Shown here piece after piece: positions 52,517 through 62,155 of a DNA stretch of 64,000 nucleotides. The notes below the pieces were generated by a model. The model was given only the letters and a program-made list of their open reading frames with translations, did not search any database and was not told the origin of the DNA. Within the stretch, counting starts at the first letter, position 1; each line of letters begins with the position of its first letter. The stretch spans positions 454,171 through 518,170 of the forward strand of contig CAZVHP010000001.1 in NCBI GenBank assembly GCA_964627305.1, in the 5' to 3' direction. A program made the position numbers and the translations under genes. Source of the stretch: an uncultured Ignavibacteriales bacterium. Its GTDB lineage: Bacteria > Zixibacteria > MSB-5A5 > GN15 > FEB-12.

Positions 52517-55500
52517 GTGTGGCCCCCTCGGTCAACAGGCGCCGCCATTGTTGTCGTAGTACTCCTCTGTCTGTTCCTGTCAGCCCCGGCCAGGGCCGCC
52601 TCGGTCCGCTCCATCTTCATCGAAGATGACATCCCCGACCTGCTGTTTGTCGGCTCCCACTTCATCTTCGAGAACTCCGACACCGCCTGGCTTAACTCCC
52701 GAATGCTCCGACCAGACATCGACTACCGCTTCGACAACACCCTCGGCGCCTTTGACCTGCGAACCCTCCCACGCACCAGCACCGACACCCTGCTCATCGT
52801 CTATCACCCGCTCCCCCGGTGGGTGCCGCGCCTCACCCGCCCTCCCGCTGTTGATGATGATCCCGACCATACGCCGCCGCCTGACCGGCTCCCCGCAGGC
52901 ACCCGCCCGCCCGGGCCACCGGCCGCCACCGATATCAGCATCTCCGGCGCCAAGTCCTTTCGCTTCACCAGCGCTTCACGCGGCAACTCCCAGTTCAACC
53001 AGACTCTGGACATGTCCATTTTCGGCGACCTCGCCCCCGGCGTGACCATCTCCGGCAGCATCTCTGATCGCGGCTACGATCCCGTGTATGGCACCGCCAA
53101 CAGCCGCCTCGATGAACTCGACAAGGTCAATCTCAGTCTAACATCCCCCCATGTCTCTGCCCAGATCGGCGACCTTACCACCACCCCCTTTCAAACCGCT
53201 CGCTTCGCACGAACACGACGCATATCCGGCGTCACCGCCGCCTACCACGACGAGCACCTTACCATCAGTGCCCTCGCTGCCCGCCCCAAAGGACGTTTCA
53301 CCACCGTCCGCTTTCAGGGAGCCGACAACGTCCAGGGTCCCTATACCATAACCCGCGAAGGTCCTCCGGCACCAATCGTCCCCGGCTCCGAAACCGTCTG
53401 GCTCGATGGTCGCAAGCTCGAACGCGGTGGCAACAATGACTATACTATGGATTATCCCGCCGGTCGCATCACCTTCACGGCCGACCATCCCATTGACAGC
53501 CGCAGCCGCATCGAGATCGACTTCGAACCGCAAGCTACCGCCTATCGAGCCGAGCTCTACTCGGCCGCCGCCAGTACCGCCTGGCGCGACTCCGCCATCA
53601 CCCTCTCTGTCACCTTCACCCGCGACGGCGATGACTCCCGCCAACCACTTGTCGGCAGCCTCTCCGATACTGATCTTGATCTGCTCCGGCAGATCGGCGA
53701 CTCCACCGAACGCGCCGTCCGGTCCGGCATCACACCCGACACCAACGGGGCCTGGGTTCTCGAGACCGACAGCCTCCCCGATTCCGTTTTTACCTATGTC
53801 GGAGCAGGGGGGGGAAACTACTCCGTTCAGTTCAGCTTCGTCGGCGCCGGCAATGGCGCCTATCGCTTCCTCGGCGGACAGGAGTTCCGCTACGTCGGCG
53901 TCGGCCGCGGTGACTACGCCCCCGTCATCACCCTGCAGGCCCCCGAGCGACTGGACCTGACCACCATGCACCTCACACTCGCCCCGGAGCACCTGGGCAT
54001 CCTCGCAGCCTCCGTCGAGTACTCCTCACGTGACCGCAACCTGCTCTCGGACCTCGATGATACCGACAACTCCGCCTCGTTGCTCGAGATCACCTACAAC
54101 TACAACTGGATGTGGAAAACACAGAGCAGCATTGCGCTGCGCACCCGCATACTCGAACCCGGCTTCGCCAATCAGAGCCGCCTCGACAGCGCCGATTTCT
54201 CTCGACGCTTCCTCGCACCCATTGGCGACTCCGACCTCCTGAACACGACCCAGCGTCTGCACGAGGGACGCATTGCACTTGCCCCCGCTGCCTCTGTGGA
54301 ACTGACCCCGGCCTATGCCCGCCTTGAATACGATAACCACTATGTTGCCGACCGCATCGAGACCAGGCTCGCGGTCAAACCGACTGATCACACCGCCTTC
54401 ACCACTTTGGCCTGTCTTGTCCGCTCCGACCGCGACTCCGCCAACACGAATTCATCCGGACGCGTCGACGGCATCACTTCCGGCGCCGCCGCCGACTTCG
54501 CCCGCCGGGGAAGCCTCAACCTGCGCCACGAGTACGACCGCCGCGAACACGACTACCATGGTACCACCCGAGGCACCCGTCTGAATGCCGTCACATCAGC
54601 GTGGCAACTGTCGCCGCTCACGCTCAGCGCCGAGTACTACACCGAGGATACCCTCACCGCCCGCAGCACCGATCACCCTGACCTCGAGCCATCCCCCGAC
54701 TGGCGCAACAACCTCGACCGCCTCCGCCTGACAACCCGTGCCAATGGCGCCCTGCGCAAACTAACCTATGACCTCCGCCTGACTTGGCAGCAGGTTACCC
54801 GGCATTCGTTCACCGACCGAACCGGCTACGAAGAATCCTCGCTCCTCGCCCGACTTGGCAGTGCCTTCCGCGATCCCGCGCGCCGACTCAGCCTCGATAC
54901 CGACTACATCATCTCCGAGGAAACCCGCAACGCCCGCGGGCTTGCCTTCCTCGAGGTCGAACCCGGCACCGGCGACTACATTCTCGAGGAGGGCCGCTAC
55001 ATTCCCGACCCCGAGGGCAACTTCATCCGCGTCGAGGAGCTCCTCTCCGACACCGAACGCGTCCGTCGCGGCGAGAAATCCTTCCACTTCAGCCGTCAAT
55101 GGCAGCCCTTCACCCTTCGCTTCGACTCCCGTATCGAGGAGGAACTCCTCGCCGACGGTCACCGTGCCTGGTGGTGGGTCGTTCCGTTCCTCTCTGACCC
55201 CGACCAACCGTACCTGTACTACCTCCGCCGCTACGATACCGAACTGCGCGCCATCCCCATCGGCGGCATCCATCTCGCCACCGTCAAGTGGCAGGACACC
55301 CGCTCCGTCCGACGCATCGGCGGCGTGGATCGCGCCAGTCACACCCGTACTCTCGGCCTCTTGCTCAAACAGCGCGCCCGGCAGTGGTTCCTCGAACAGG
55401 AGGCCGAACGCTTCGACACCCGCCGCGACGACTACTACAACAGCGGCGCTGACATCACCGGCTACCAACTCTCCGCACGGGCCCGCCGCCTGAATGCCCT

Positions 55501-55843
55501 CGGTGAGCTCTCCGGCGGCCTGCGCTACCGCCACGCCGAAAGCGGCTCGATCGACCGCATCGACCTCTACGGCCTCACCCTCGGAAGCCGCCTCCGCGTC
55601 ATCTCGCGCGGGGAGTTGCGCGCCTCCGTCGAATTCTACACGCAGCAGATCCGCGGCACCGTCCGCGGCCAGGCCTACCAGTTCACGCAGAATCTCACCG
55701 GTGACCACGGTGCCACCTGGGACGCCACCGCCAACTACCACGTCAAGGGCGGCGTGCGCGCCAATCTCACCCTCCGCGGTCGCCACAGCAACGACCGCCC
55801 CGCCCGCGTCACCGTCCGAGGGGAGGTGGTCGCATCCTTCTGA
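52517..55843 (+). CDS. large (1108 aa) predicted outer-membrane protein, unknown family
   Basis: GTG start 9 nt after AGGAG. It has an N-terminal signal/anchor, a Pro-rich linker, then a long R/D/T/Y-rich region with alternating beta pattern and a terminal ...VVASF (aromatic C-terminus typical of OMPs). No family recognised. Confidence 0.55.
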   Translation: MWPPRSTGAAIVVVVLLCLFLSAPARAASVRSIFIEDDIPDLLFVGSHFIFENSDTAWLNSRMLRPDIDYRFDNTLGAFDLRTLPRTSTDTLLIVYHPLPRWVPRLTRPPAVDDDPDHTPPPDRLPAGTRPPGPPAATDISISGAKSFRFTSASRGNSQFNQTLDMSIFGDLAPGVTISGSISDRGYDPVYGTANSRLDELDKVNLSLTSPHVSAQIGDLTTTPFQTARFARTRRISGVTAAYHDEHLTISALAARPKGRFTTVRFQGADNVQGPYTITREGPPAPIVPGSETVWLDGRKLERGGNNDYTMDYPAGRITFTADHPIDSRSRIEIDFEPQATAYRAELYSAAASTAWRDSAITLSVTFTRDGDDSRQPLVGSLSDTDLDLLRQIGDSTERAVRSGITPDTNGAWVLETDSLPDSVFTYVGAGGGNYSVQFSFVGAGNGAYRFLGGQEFRYVGVGRGDYAPVITLQAPERLDLTTMHLTLAPEHLGILAASVEYSSRDRNLLSDLDDTDNSASLLEITYNYNWMWKTQSSIALRTRILEPGFANQSRLDSADFSRRFLAPIGDSDLLNTTQRLHEGRIALAPAASVELTPAYARLEYDNHYVADRIETRLAVKPTDHTAFTTLACLVRSDRDSANTNSSGRVDGITSGAAADFARRGSLNLRHEYDRREHDYHGTTRGTRLNAVTSAWQLSPLTLSAEYYTEDTLTARSTDHPDLEPSPDWRNNLDRLRLTTRANGALRKLTYDLRLTWQQVTRHSFTDRTGYEESSLLARLGSAFRDPARRLSLDTDYIISEETRNARGLAFLEVEPGTGDYILEEGRYIPDPEGNFIRVEELLSDTERVRRGEKSFHFSRQWQPFTLRFDSRIEEELLADGHRAWWWVVPFLSDPDQPYLYYLRRYDTELRAIPIGGIHLATVKWQDTRSVRRIGGVDRASHTRTLGLLLKQRARQWFLEQEAERFDTRRDDYYNSGADITGYQLSARARRLNALGELSGGLRYRHAESGSIDRIDLYGLTLGSRLRVISRGELRASVEFYTQQIRGTVRGQAYQFTQNLTGDHGATWDATANYHVKGGVRANLTLRGRHSNDRPARVTVRGEVVASF

Positions 55844-57465
55844 AACTGCTTCTCATACTCGTCGCGACCATCCCTGTCCCCCTTTGGTCCCAGGCCGCCG
55901 TCCTGCACCTCGACCGCTCTGTCCCATCGGCCGTCGCCGGCGACCTCCGCCGCGCCGTGCCACCCGCCTCCAATACCGAGGTTGCCACTGACTCCATACG
56001 CACTGTGCTGGAGCGCTACGGCTACCTCGATCCTTCCATATCGCACGTCGGCGACACGCTTGTCGTCCTGCCCGGATCGCGATCCGTTCTGCGTGCGATC
56101 ATCGCGGGATCCGACAGCATCACGCTGCCCAATCTGCCCTTCACACCCGACAATCTCGACACCGCCCTGACCATCGCGCTGAAACCCTCACGAGATCGCG
56201 GCCACTTCTTCGCCCGTGCCGCCATCAACCGCATCACCCGCGACAGCAATGCCATCACGCTCCATCTCTCTGTCACACCCGGCCCTGTTGCTACCGTCGC
56301 CGACCAGCAGTTCCGCGGACTCAGGCGCACCCGTCCCGATCTCGTCCGACGCTTCCTGCCCCTTACGCCCGGAGATACGCTCACCACACGCAGCCTGACC
56401 CGCGCCGAAAGAGCCGCGCGATCCATCGGCTTCCTTCGCCTCGAAAGACCCCCGTCCGTCCGTCCCGACCCCGGCTTCACCGGAGATGCTGTCATCATCT
56501 GGCGATTCGCCGAACGCCGCCAGACCCGTCTGGAGGGCCTCGTCGGCTATGTACCCGACGACTCCAAAGCCCTCGTCTGGACTGCCGATGTCCGCCTGCT
56601 TAACCCGTTCGGCGGCGGGCGGGATCTGCGCCTGACCAGCCAGCGGCGTGATCGTGGCCGCGATATCCTCGATTTCGCCTGGCGTCAACCCGTCTTCTGG
56701 CTTGGCACCGGCACCTTCTCTGCCTCACTGGCCACCCGCGACTACCGTGAGCAGTTCTTCGAATTCCGCACCTCCGCCGGCCTGACCACCGACCTTGCCC
56801 CGGGCACAACTACTGGCCTCGATCTGACTTGGCGCACCATTCAGGATGATCTCTCGCAACGCTCCTACTCCAGCTACCAGATCGCCGCTTCACTCTCCGT
56901 CGCTGCCGTTGACCAGCCCCTCAACCCATCTGAAGGCTATCATCTCGACTGGACCGCCGCGTATCACCACCGACGTTACCAATCCGACAGCGTCGCATCA
57001 GCAGCCACCGTTGAGGTCCTCAACGATACCCGCCTGACCGCCCGTCTGGCCTTCTACCAGCCCCTGGTCGCCGGCTTCATCGGCCACCTCGCACTCGCCT
57101 GGGACGGTCTCGAAACCGCCGAGCCACTCCCGCCACTCTCCGAAATGGTCCTCGTCGGCGGTCCCGGCTCCCTGCGCGGCTACCGCACCGAGCAATTCGC
57201 CGCTATCCGCGCCGCCCGTGTCACCGTCGAGCCGCGCTGGCGTTTCGATCAGGGCGCCCTGTACGTCTTCTGCGATGGAGCCTACCTCAGTAACCGCACC
57301 CAGATTGACAACCGCGTCATCACCCGCGAATCGTTCGAATACGGCTATGGCCTCGGCCTGCTGCTCAGCGACAGCGCCCGCCGCGTATCACTCTCCCTCG
57401 GCTGGCACCCCGGCATCGCCGTCGACCAGCCCCGCCTCGCCGTCGAACTGAGTCTCGATATATAA
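55840..57465 (+). CDS. Omp85/BamA-TamA family outer-membrane protein (start uncertain)
   Basis: It has POTRA-like N-terminal repeats and a C-terminal surface-antigen barrel (LRGYRTEQF, YGYGLGLLL). The track start GTG 55957 removes an in-frame signal-peptide-like segment KLLLILVATIPVPLWSQAA. I extended to CTG 55840, which overlaps the upstream stop (CTGA). The start codon is unverified. Confidence 0.65.
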   Translation: MKLLLILVATIPVPLWSQAAVLHLDRSVPSAVAGDLRRAVPPASNTEVATDSIRTVLERYGYLDPSISHVGDTLVVLPGSRSVLRAIIAGSDSITLPNLPFTPDNLDTALTIALKPSRDRGHFFARAAINRITRDSNAITLHLSVTPGPVATVADQQFRGLRRTRPDLVRRFLPLTPGDTLTTRSLTRAERAARSIGFLRLERPPSVRPDPGFTGDAVIIWRFAERRQTRLEGLVGYVPDDSKALVWTADVRLLNPFGGGRDLRLTSQRRDRGRDILDFAWRQPVFWLGTGTFSASLATRDYREQFFEFRTSAGLTTDLAPGTTTGLDLTWRTIQDDLSQRSYSSYQIAASLSVAAVDQPLNPSEGYHLDWTAAYHHRRYQSDSVASAATVEVLNDTRLTARLAFYQPLVAGFIGHLALAWDGLETAEPLPPLSEMVLVGGPGSLRGYRTEQFAAIRAARVTVEPRWRFDQGALYVFCDGAYLSNRTQIDNRVITRESFEYGYGLGLLLSDSARRVSLSLGWHPGIAVDQPRLAVELSLDI

Positions 57466-57468
57466 AAG

Positions 57469-58281
57469 TTGACGATCTCGCGTCGCAGTCTCTATCCTCA
57501 AAGCGTGAAACGGCTTTACACATCGCTCAATCAACTCGGTGTGCCGGTCGCTCTGGTGGCCGTCGCCCTCGTCTGGATCGGCGCCCACTTCACCTGGCTG
57601 ACCCTGCACCTGTACCCGGTCGTCATGTCTTCACTGGCAACGGCAGCGATTGCGCTCGCGGCGGCTCTGTTCGCCCGCTGGCAAAACGGTCCCCGTGAGA
57701 AAACCTCCCGCTTGTGGATCGCCTTCGGCCTCACGCTGAGCGGGGTAGCCCTGACCGTCACGGTCAACTTCAGCGTAACCGCGCTCGCCATTGTTGCCAT
57801 CGGCGCCATCATCCTCATCGCCCGCTTTCTGCCCGAACCAGGCTTGCCGCGGACCGTTGCCCTCGCCCCTCTGGCGGCCATGCCCATCATTACCGGCGCG
57901 GCCGCTGTTGACCCCATCCTCGCCCGCGAACTGCCCCAGGTTATCGTCGCCGCCGCCATCACCATGCTTTTCGCCCTCGTGATCGGCCTGACCGACCTCG
58001 CTCGCATCCCAACCCTCCGCCGCCCCGAACTGCCGCAATCCGCCTGTCTGATGGCCGCCATAGCGGTGTGGTCAGTGCTCGTGCTGACCATGATCGTCTC
58101 CGTCTCCTTCGGCTGGTACGGAACCCTGTTTCGCGATCTTGCTGTCTATGCGCTTGGCCTGCCCGTAATGGGTTTGCTCATCCTCATCTGGGGCAACCCC
58201 TCCGACACCATGCTGCGCATCGGCCGCATAACCCTCCGCGCCGGCTCACTGCTCGCTCTGGCCGCGCTGGCAACCGCATGA
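57469..58281 (+). CDS. polytopic membrane protein, unknown function
   Basis: 270 aa with about 8 hydrophobic helices. The TTG start is taken from the track; GTG 57505 is an alternative. No family recognised. Confidence 0.5.
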   Translation: MTISRRSLYPQSVKRLYTSLNQLGVPVALVAVALVWIGAHFTWLTLHLYPVVMSSLATAAIALAAALFARWQNGPREKTSRLWIAFGLTLSGVALTVTVNFSVTALAIVAIGAIILIARFLPEPGLPRTVALAPLAAMPIITGAAAVDPILARELPQVIVAAAITMLFALVIGLTDLARIPTLRRPELPQSACLMAAIAVWSVLVLTMIVSVSFGWYGTLFRDLAVYALGLPVMGLLILIWGNPSDTMLRIGRITLRAGSLLALAALATA

Positions 58282-58423
58282 CGCCCATGATTACCGCGAC
58301 CAACTCAACACAAACGGCGATGATGCCCCGACCGGGATTTAGCCTGAAACCAATGACCCGAATACTAAGTATAAGGCAAACTGTAGGATAACATTGAACT
58401 ATCTGAATGACAGAACCGACTGC

Positions 58424-59338
58424 ATGAAACCGGTCATCGTGGCAGCAGCAACAATTCTACTGCATATCTCCGCCCCGGCGACAACCGCCGCCGCCCAGTC
58501 ACCCGCCCCTGCCACTACCGAGCGCGGCATCACTGTCGCCCAGAGAATTGCCGACCACCATATCCCTTTCGAGGATACCGTCGAATTCGAGATCTCTCTT
58601 TCGTGGCCCGGACCACAGTCAGCCTACCTGTTCGACCGCCCCCTGAATCTCGAACTCGATCATCTCAAAATCGGCCGCTTCTCTTCAACCATCTCCTCAA
58701 CCGGACAGGGCGAGCAGGAAATCACTACCAAAACCTATCACTATCGCCTCCTTCCACTGGCTCCGGGTACCGCCGAAATCGAACCGGTGGCCATCAGCTA
58801 CCTCGCCATGCCCGACAGCATTCGCGGTTCCCTCACCACCGAGAAAATGACCGTCGAAATAGACCGACCCATTCCGCCCCCGGAACCCGGCGACCTCAGC
58901 AGCCTCACATACTTCGGCATCGCCCTGGCCGCCCTGCTTGCCGGAGCCGTCATCATCCTTGCCCGCCGGGGGCGCTCGGAGCCAAAACCGGCCCCTCGCC
59001 TCACTCCGCGGCAGATATTCCTCCAGCAACTCGGCATCCTGCGTGCGGACAGCGAAAACGACCTGAAACGATTCCAGGGAGGATTGTATAAATTGCTGTG
59101 TGCGTTCCTGTTCGCCGAATACAGTATCGAGGTCGGCGACAAAGAGCGCGAACAGCTCGATCAGGAACTCGCAGACAAAAGCAGCCTCGGCGACGGGCAA
59201 CGCGACACCCTCCTGACCTGGCTGCTGCAGGCGCGCCAGGACAAGTTCCGCCCCGTGCCAGCCTCGCCCGGTGAAACTATCCGGCGCGAGAATGCCATCC
59301 GCGCCTTTTTCGAACGACTGCAGGATAACAAACATTAG
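58424..59338 (+). CDS. BatD/DUF4381-like single-pass membrane protein (paralog of 62145-63221)
   Basis: Trimmed to ATG 58424. It has a signal peptide, a beta-rich ectodomain, a TM helix (YFGIALAALLAGAVIILA) followed by RRGR, and a helical cytoplasmic tail. The next-but-two gene downstream of moxR has the same architecture. Confidence 0.5.
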   Translation: MKPVIVAAATILLHISAPATTAAAQSPAPATTERGITVAQRIADHHIPFEDTVEFEISLSWPGPQSAYLFDRPLNLELDHLKIGRFSSTISSTGQGEQEITTKTYHYRLLPLAPGTAEIEPVAISYLAMPDSIRGSLTTEKMTVEIDRPIPPPEPGDLSSLTYFGIALAALLAGAVIILARRGRSEPKPAPRLTPRQIFLQQLGILRADSENDLKRFQGGLYKLLCAFLFAEYSIEVGDKEREQLDQELADKSSLGDGQRDTLLTWLLQARQDKFRPVPASPGETIRRENAIRAFFERLQDNKH

Positions 59339-59349
59339 ATGGAGGACCG

Positions 59350-60339
59350 ATGGATATCGACATCCGGCACATTCAGGATCAGGTCGAACAGGAGGCCGGC
59401 TTCGTACAGCGACTCCAGGAGCAGATGCGCCAGGTCATTGTCGGCCAGCAGTATCTGGTCGAACGTCTGCTCATGGGCGTTCTCGCCGATGGCCACATCC
59501 TCATCGAGGGTGTCCCCGGCCTGGCCAAAACGCTCTCGGTCAATACCCTCGCGCAGGCCATCCAGGCCAGATTCCAGCGCATTCAGTTCACCCCCGACCT
59601 GCTCCCCGCCGATCTGATCGGCACCATGATCTACAACCCCCAGACCTCCGAGTTCACCGTCAAGAAGGGGCCCGTCTTTGCCAACATCATCCTTGCCGAC
59701 GAAATCAACCGCGCCCCCGCCAAGGTCCAGTCCGCCCTGCTCGAGGCCATGCAGGAACGACAGGTCACCATCGGAGAGACCACCTTCCCGCTCGAACAAC
59801 CCTTCCTCGTCCTGGCCACCCAGAACCCGATCGAGCAGGAAGGCACCTACCCGCTCCCCGAGGCTCAGGTCGACCGCTTCATGATGATGCTCAAGATCAG
59901 CTACCCCACCCCGGCCGAAGAACGCGAAATCATGGACCGCAACACCGGCGCCGCCGCTCCACCCGTCCAGCCGGTTATCACCCCGGCCGACATCGTCAAG
60001 GCCCGCACGGTCGTCCGCTCCGTCTATATCGATGACAAGGTCAAAGAGTACATTGTCAACCTCGTCTTCGCCTCCCGCGAACCCGATAAGTACGGCCTGG
60101 CCGGCATCAGGAACATGATCGCTTTCGGAGCCTCGCCTCGGGCGACCATATACCTGAACCTCGCAGCCAAAACACATGCCTTCGTCCGGGGACGCGGCTA
60201 TGTCACCCCCGAGGACATCAAAGCCATCGGCCACGACATCCTCCGCCACCGTATCCTCATCACCTATGAGGCCGAGGCCGAGGATGTCACCTCCGATGAC
60301 ATCGTCACGAAGATATTCGATGCTGTCGAGGTCCCGTAA
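59350..60339 (+). CDS. moxR: MoxR-family AAA+ ATPase
   Basis: 329 aa. Motifs: GHILIEGVPGLAKT (Walker A), ILADEINRA (Walker B), VLATQNPIE..GTYPLPEAQ.DRF. RBS is GGAGGA. Confidence 0.9.
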   Translation: MDIDIRHIQDQVEQEAGFVQRLQEQMRQVIVGQQYLVERLLMGVLADGHILIEGVPGLAKTLSVNTLAQAIQARFQRIQFTPDLLPADLIGTMIYNPQTSEFTVKKGPVFANIILADEINRAPAKVQSALLEAMQERQVTIGETTFPLEQPFLVLATQNPIEQEGTYPLPEAQVDRFMMMLKISYPTPAEEREIMDRNTGAAAPPVQPVITPADIVKARTVVRSVYIDDKVKEYIVNLVFASREPDKYGLAGIRNMIAFGASPRATIYLNLAAKTHAFVRGRGYVTPEDIKAIGHDILRHRILITYEAEAEDVTSDDIVTKIFDAVEVP

Positions 60340-60366
60340 GAAGCCGAATACACTAACGGTAATGCC

Positions 60367-61242
60367 ATGATCCCAGCCGATGTACTCAAACAGATCCGAC
60401 GGATCGAAATCCGCACCAAACGCCTGGTCAATGATCTGTTCTCAGGCGAATACCACTCCACCTTCAAAGGGCAGGGGATGGAGTTCGAGGAGGTCCGTCA
60501 GTACGAACCCGGCGATGATGTCCGCCTGATCGACTGGAACGTGACCGCTCGCACCGGCTACCCCCACATAAAGAAGTTCAAGGAAGAACGCGAGCTGTCC
60601 GTTGTCCTGCTGGTCGATGCCTCCTCCTCCGGACGCTTCGGCACCAAAGAACGCTTCAAAAGCGAGATGGCCGCCGAACTCGCCGCCCTGCTGGCTTTCT
60701 CCGCCATCAAGAACAACGACAAGGTCGGCCTGATCATCTTTACCGACACCATCGAGAAATTCATCCCGCCCAAGAAGGGTCGCTCCCATGTATTGCGCAT
60801 CATCCGTGAAATCCTCTACTATCAGCCGAAAGGCACAGGAACCGACATAGGCGGCGCCCTCGAATACTTCAACCGCGTCATCAAACGAAAGTCGGTTGTC
60901 TTTCTTATCAGCGACTTCCTCGGCGAGAACTACTTCAAGCCGCTCCAGATCGCCAACAACAAGCACGACATCATCTCCGTCAAAATCACCGACCCGCGCG
61001 AAACGGTCTTCGAGAATGTCGGCCTGATCGAACTGGAGGATGCCGAAACCGGCGAAGTCTTCCTCGTCGATACCGGATCGGCCGACTTCCGGCGCGAATT
61101 CTCTGCCAAAGCCACCGAGGATGCCACCCTGCTCAAACGAGGGTTCCAGATGATCAACGTCGATTTTATCAACGTGCGCACCGATCGCTCGTACATCATA
61201 CCACTGATCAACTTCTTCAAAATGAGGGAGAGGCGTCTTTAG
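60367..61242 (+). CDS. DUF58 domain protein (MoxR-associated, VWA-like)
   Basis: 291 aa. GEYHSTFKGQGMEFEEVRQYEPGDDVRLIDWNVTAR and VLLVDASSS are the typical DUF58 signature. Confidence 0.85.
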   Translation: MIPADVLKQIRRIEIRTKRLVNDLFSGEYHSTFKGQGMEFEEVRQYEPGDDVRLIDWNVTARTGYPHIKKFKEERELSVVLLVDASSSGRFGTKERFKSEMAAELAALLAFSAIKNNDKVGLIIFTDTIEKFIPPKKGRSHVLRIIREILYYQPKGTGTDIGGALEYFNRVIKRKSVVFLISDFLGENYFKPLQIANNKHDIISVKITDPRETVFENVGLIELEDAETGEVFLVDTGSADFRREFSAKATEDATLLKRGFQMINVDFINVRTDRSYIIPLINFFKMRERRL

Positions 61243-61243
61243 C

Positions 61244-62155
61244 ATGATGCACTTTCGCTACAGGATCGCAGGACTTTGCCTCCTGGCAGCCATAGTTGGG
61301 GGGGCGAACGTCGGCTGTGAAGACGACGACGCCACCGTCGACACCGAAATGCACCGAAGGCTTGCGGTCGAATTGCGCGATGCCCGCCTGTATCAGCCGG
61401 CAATCGAGGAATACTCCTCCATGCTGCGGGCAGGCAACCTGTCGCACACCGAACGGGCTAACCTGCATTTCCTGATCGGACGCATTTACTATGACGATCT
61501 GGGCGACTACACCCAGGCCGCGGCTCACTTCGTACGCGCGCGTACGCTGAATCCCGATGCGGATTTTGTCGCTGAGGCCTCACGAAAGCTCGTCGCCAGC
61601 CTGGAACGGTCCGGCAGAATTGCCGATGCCCGACGTCAAATGGATGCCTCCGTCAGCATCGACACCGAACCTCGACAGCCCGGGGATGTCGCGGTCGCGG
61701 TGATCGGTAACGACACCGTCTGGTCTTCTGCGCTCGAGCGAGCGATCGGTGAACTTCCGCCCGAGCAACAGGCCGACCTCGCCTCCCACACCGATCGCAT
61801 CGAATTCATGCGCCAGTACGTGGCCCGAGAAATGATCTGCCGCGCCGCGCTCAGGGAGGACTACGCCTCCCGGCCGGAAATCCAGCAGCAACAGCACGCC
61901 CTGCTTAAGCAGCTTCTGGTCAACGCCTTCATTATGGACAAGATCATGCCCACCATCGACTCCGACTCCCTCGATATCCACAACTTCTACCAGGCCAACA
62001 AGACCACGCGCTACAACAACCACCCGCTCGATTCTGTGATGACTCAGGTCGTCTTCGACTATTCCAACGAAAAAGCCCGCGCCGCCTTCGACCAGTACAT
62101 CCAGAAACTCGCCCGGGCCGAACAAGTGGAGTTCTTCGATCGCAATGTCAGGTAA
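61244..62155 (+). CDS. lipoprotein with TPR-like N-terminal part and SurA-N-like chaperone region
   Basis: 303 aa with lipobox NVGCED. It has a TPR-like segment (FLIGRIYYDDLGDYTQAAAHFVRARTLNP). The assignment of the C-terminal half is tentative. Confidence 0.45.
   Translation: MMHFRYRIAGLCLLAAIVGGANVGCEDDDATVDTEMHRRLAVELRDARLYQPAIEEYSSMLRAGNLSHTERANLHFLIGRIYYDDLGDYTQAAAHFVRARTLNPDADFVAEASRKLVASLERSGRIADARRQMDASVSIDTEPRQPGDVAVAVIGNDTVWSSALERAIGELPPEQQADLASHTDRIEFMRQYVAREMICRAALREDYASRPEIQQQQHALLKQLLVNAFIMDKIMPTIDSDSLDIHNFYQANKTTRYNNHPLDSVMTQVVFDYSNEKARAAFDQYIQKLARAEQVEFFDRNVR

Noticed and set aside
52517-57465. Straight annotation of the pair as TamB/TamA
   Set aside because: The gene order is reversed relative to tamA-tamB. 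The large protein ends in an OMP-like aromatic residue, and I could not recognise a DUF490-type C-terminus by eye. It is kept as an open question in the findings instead.
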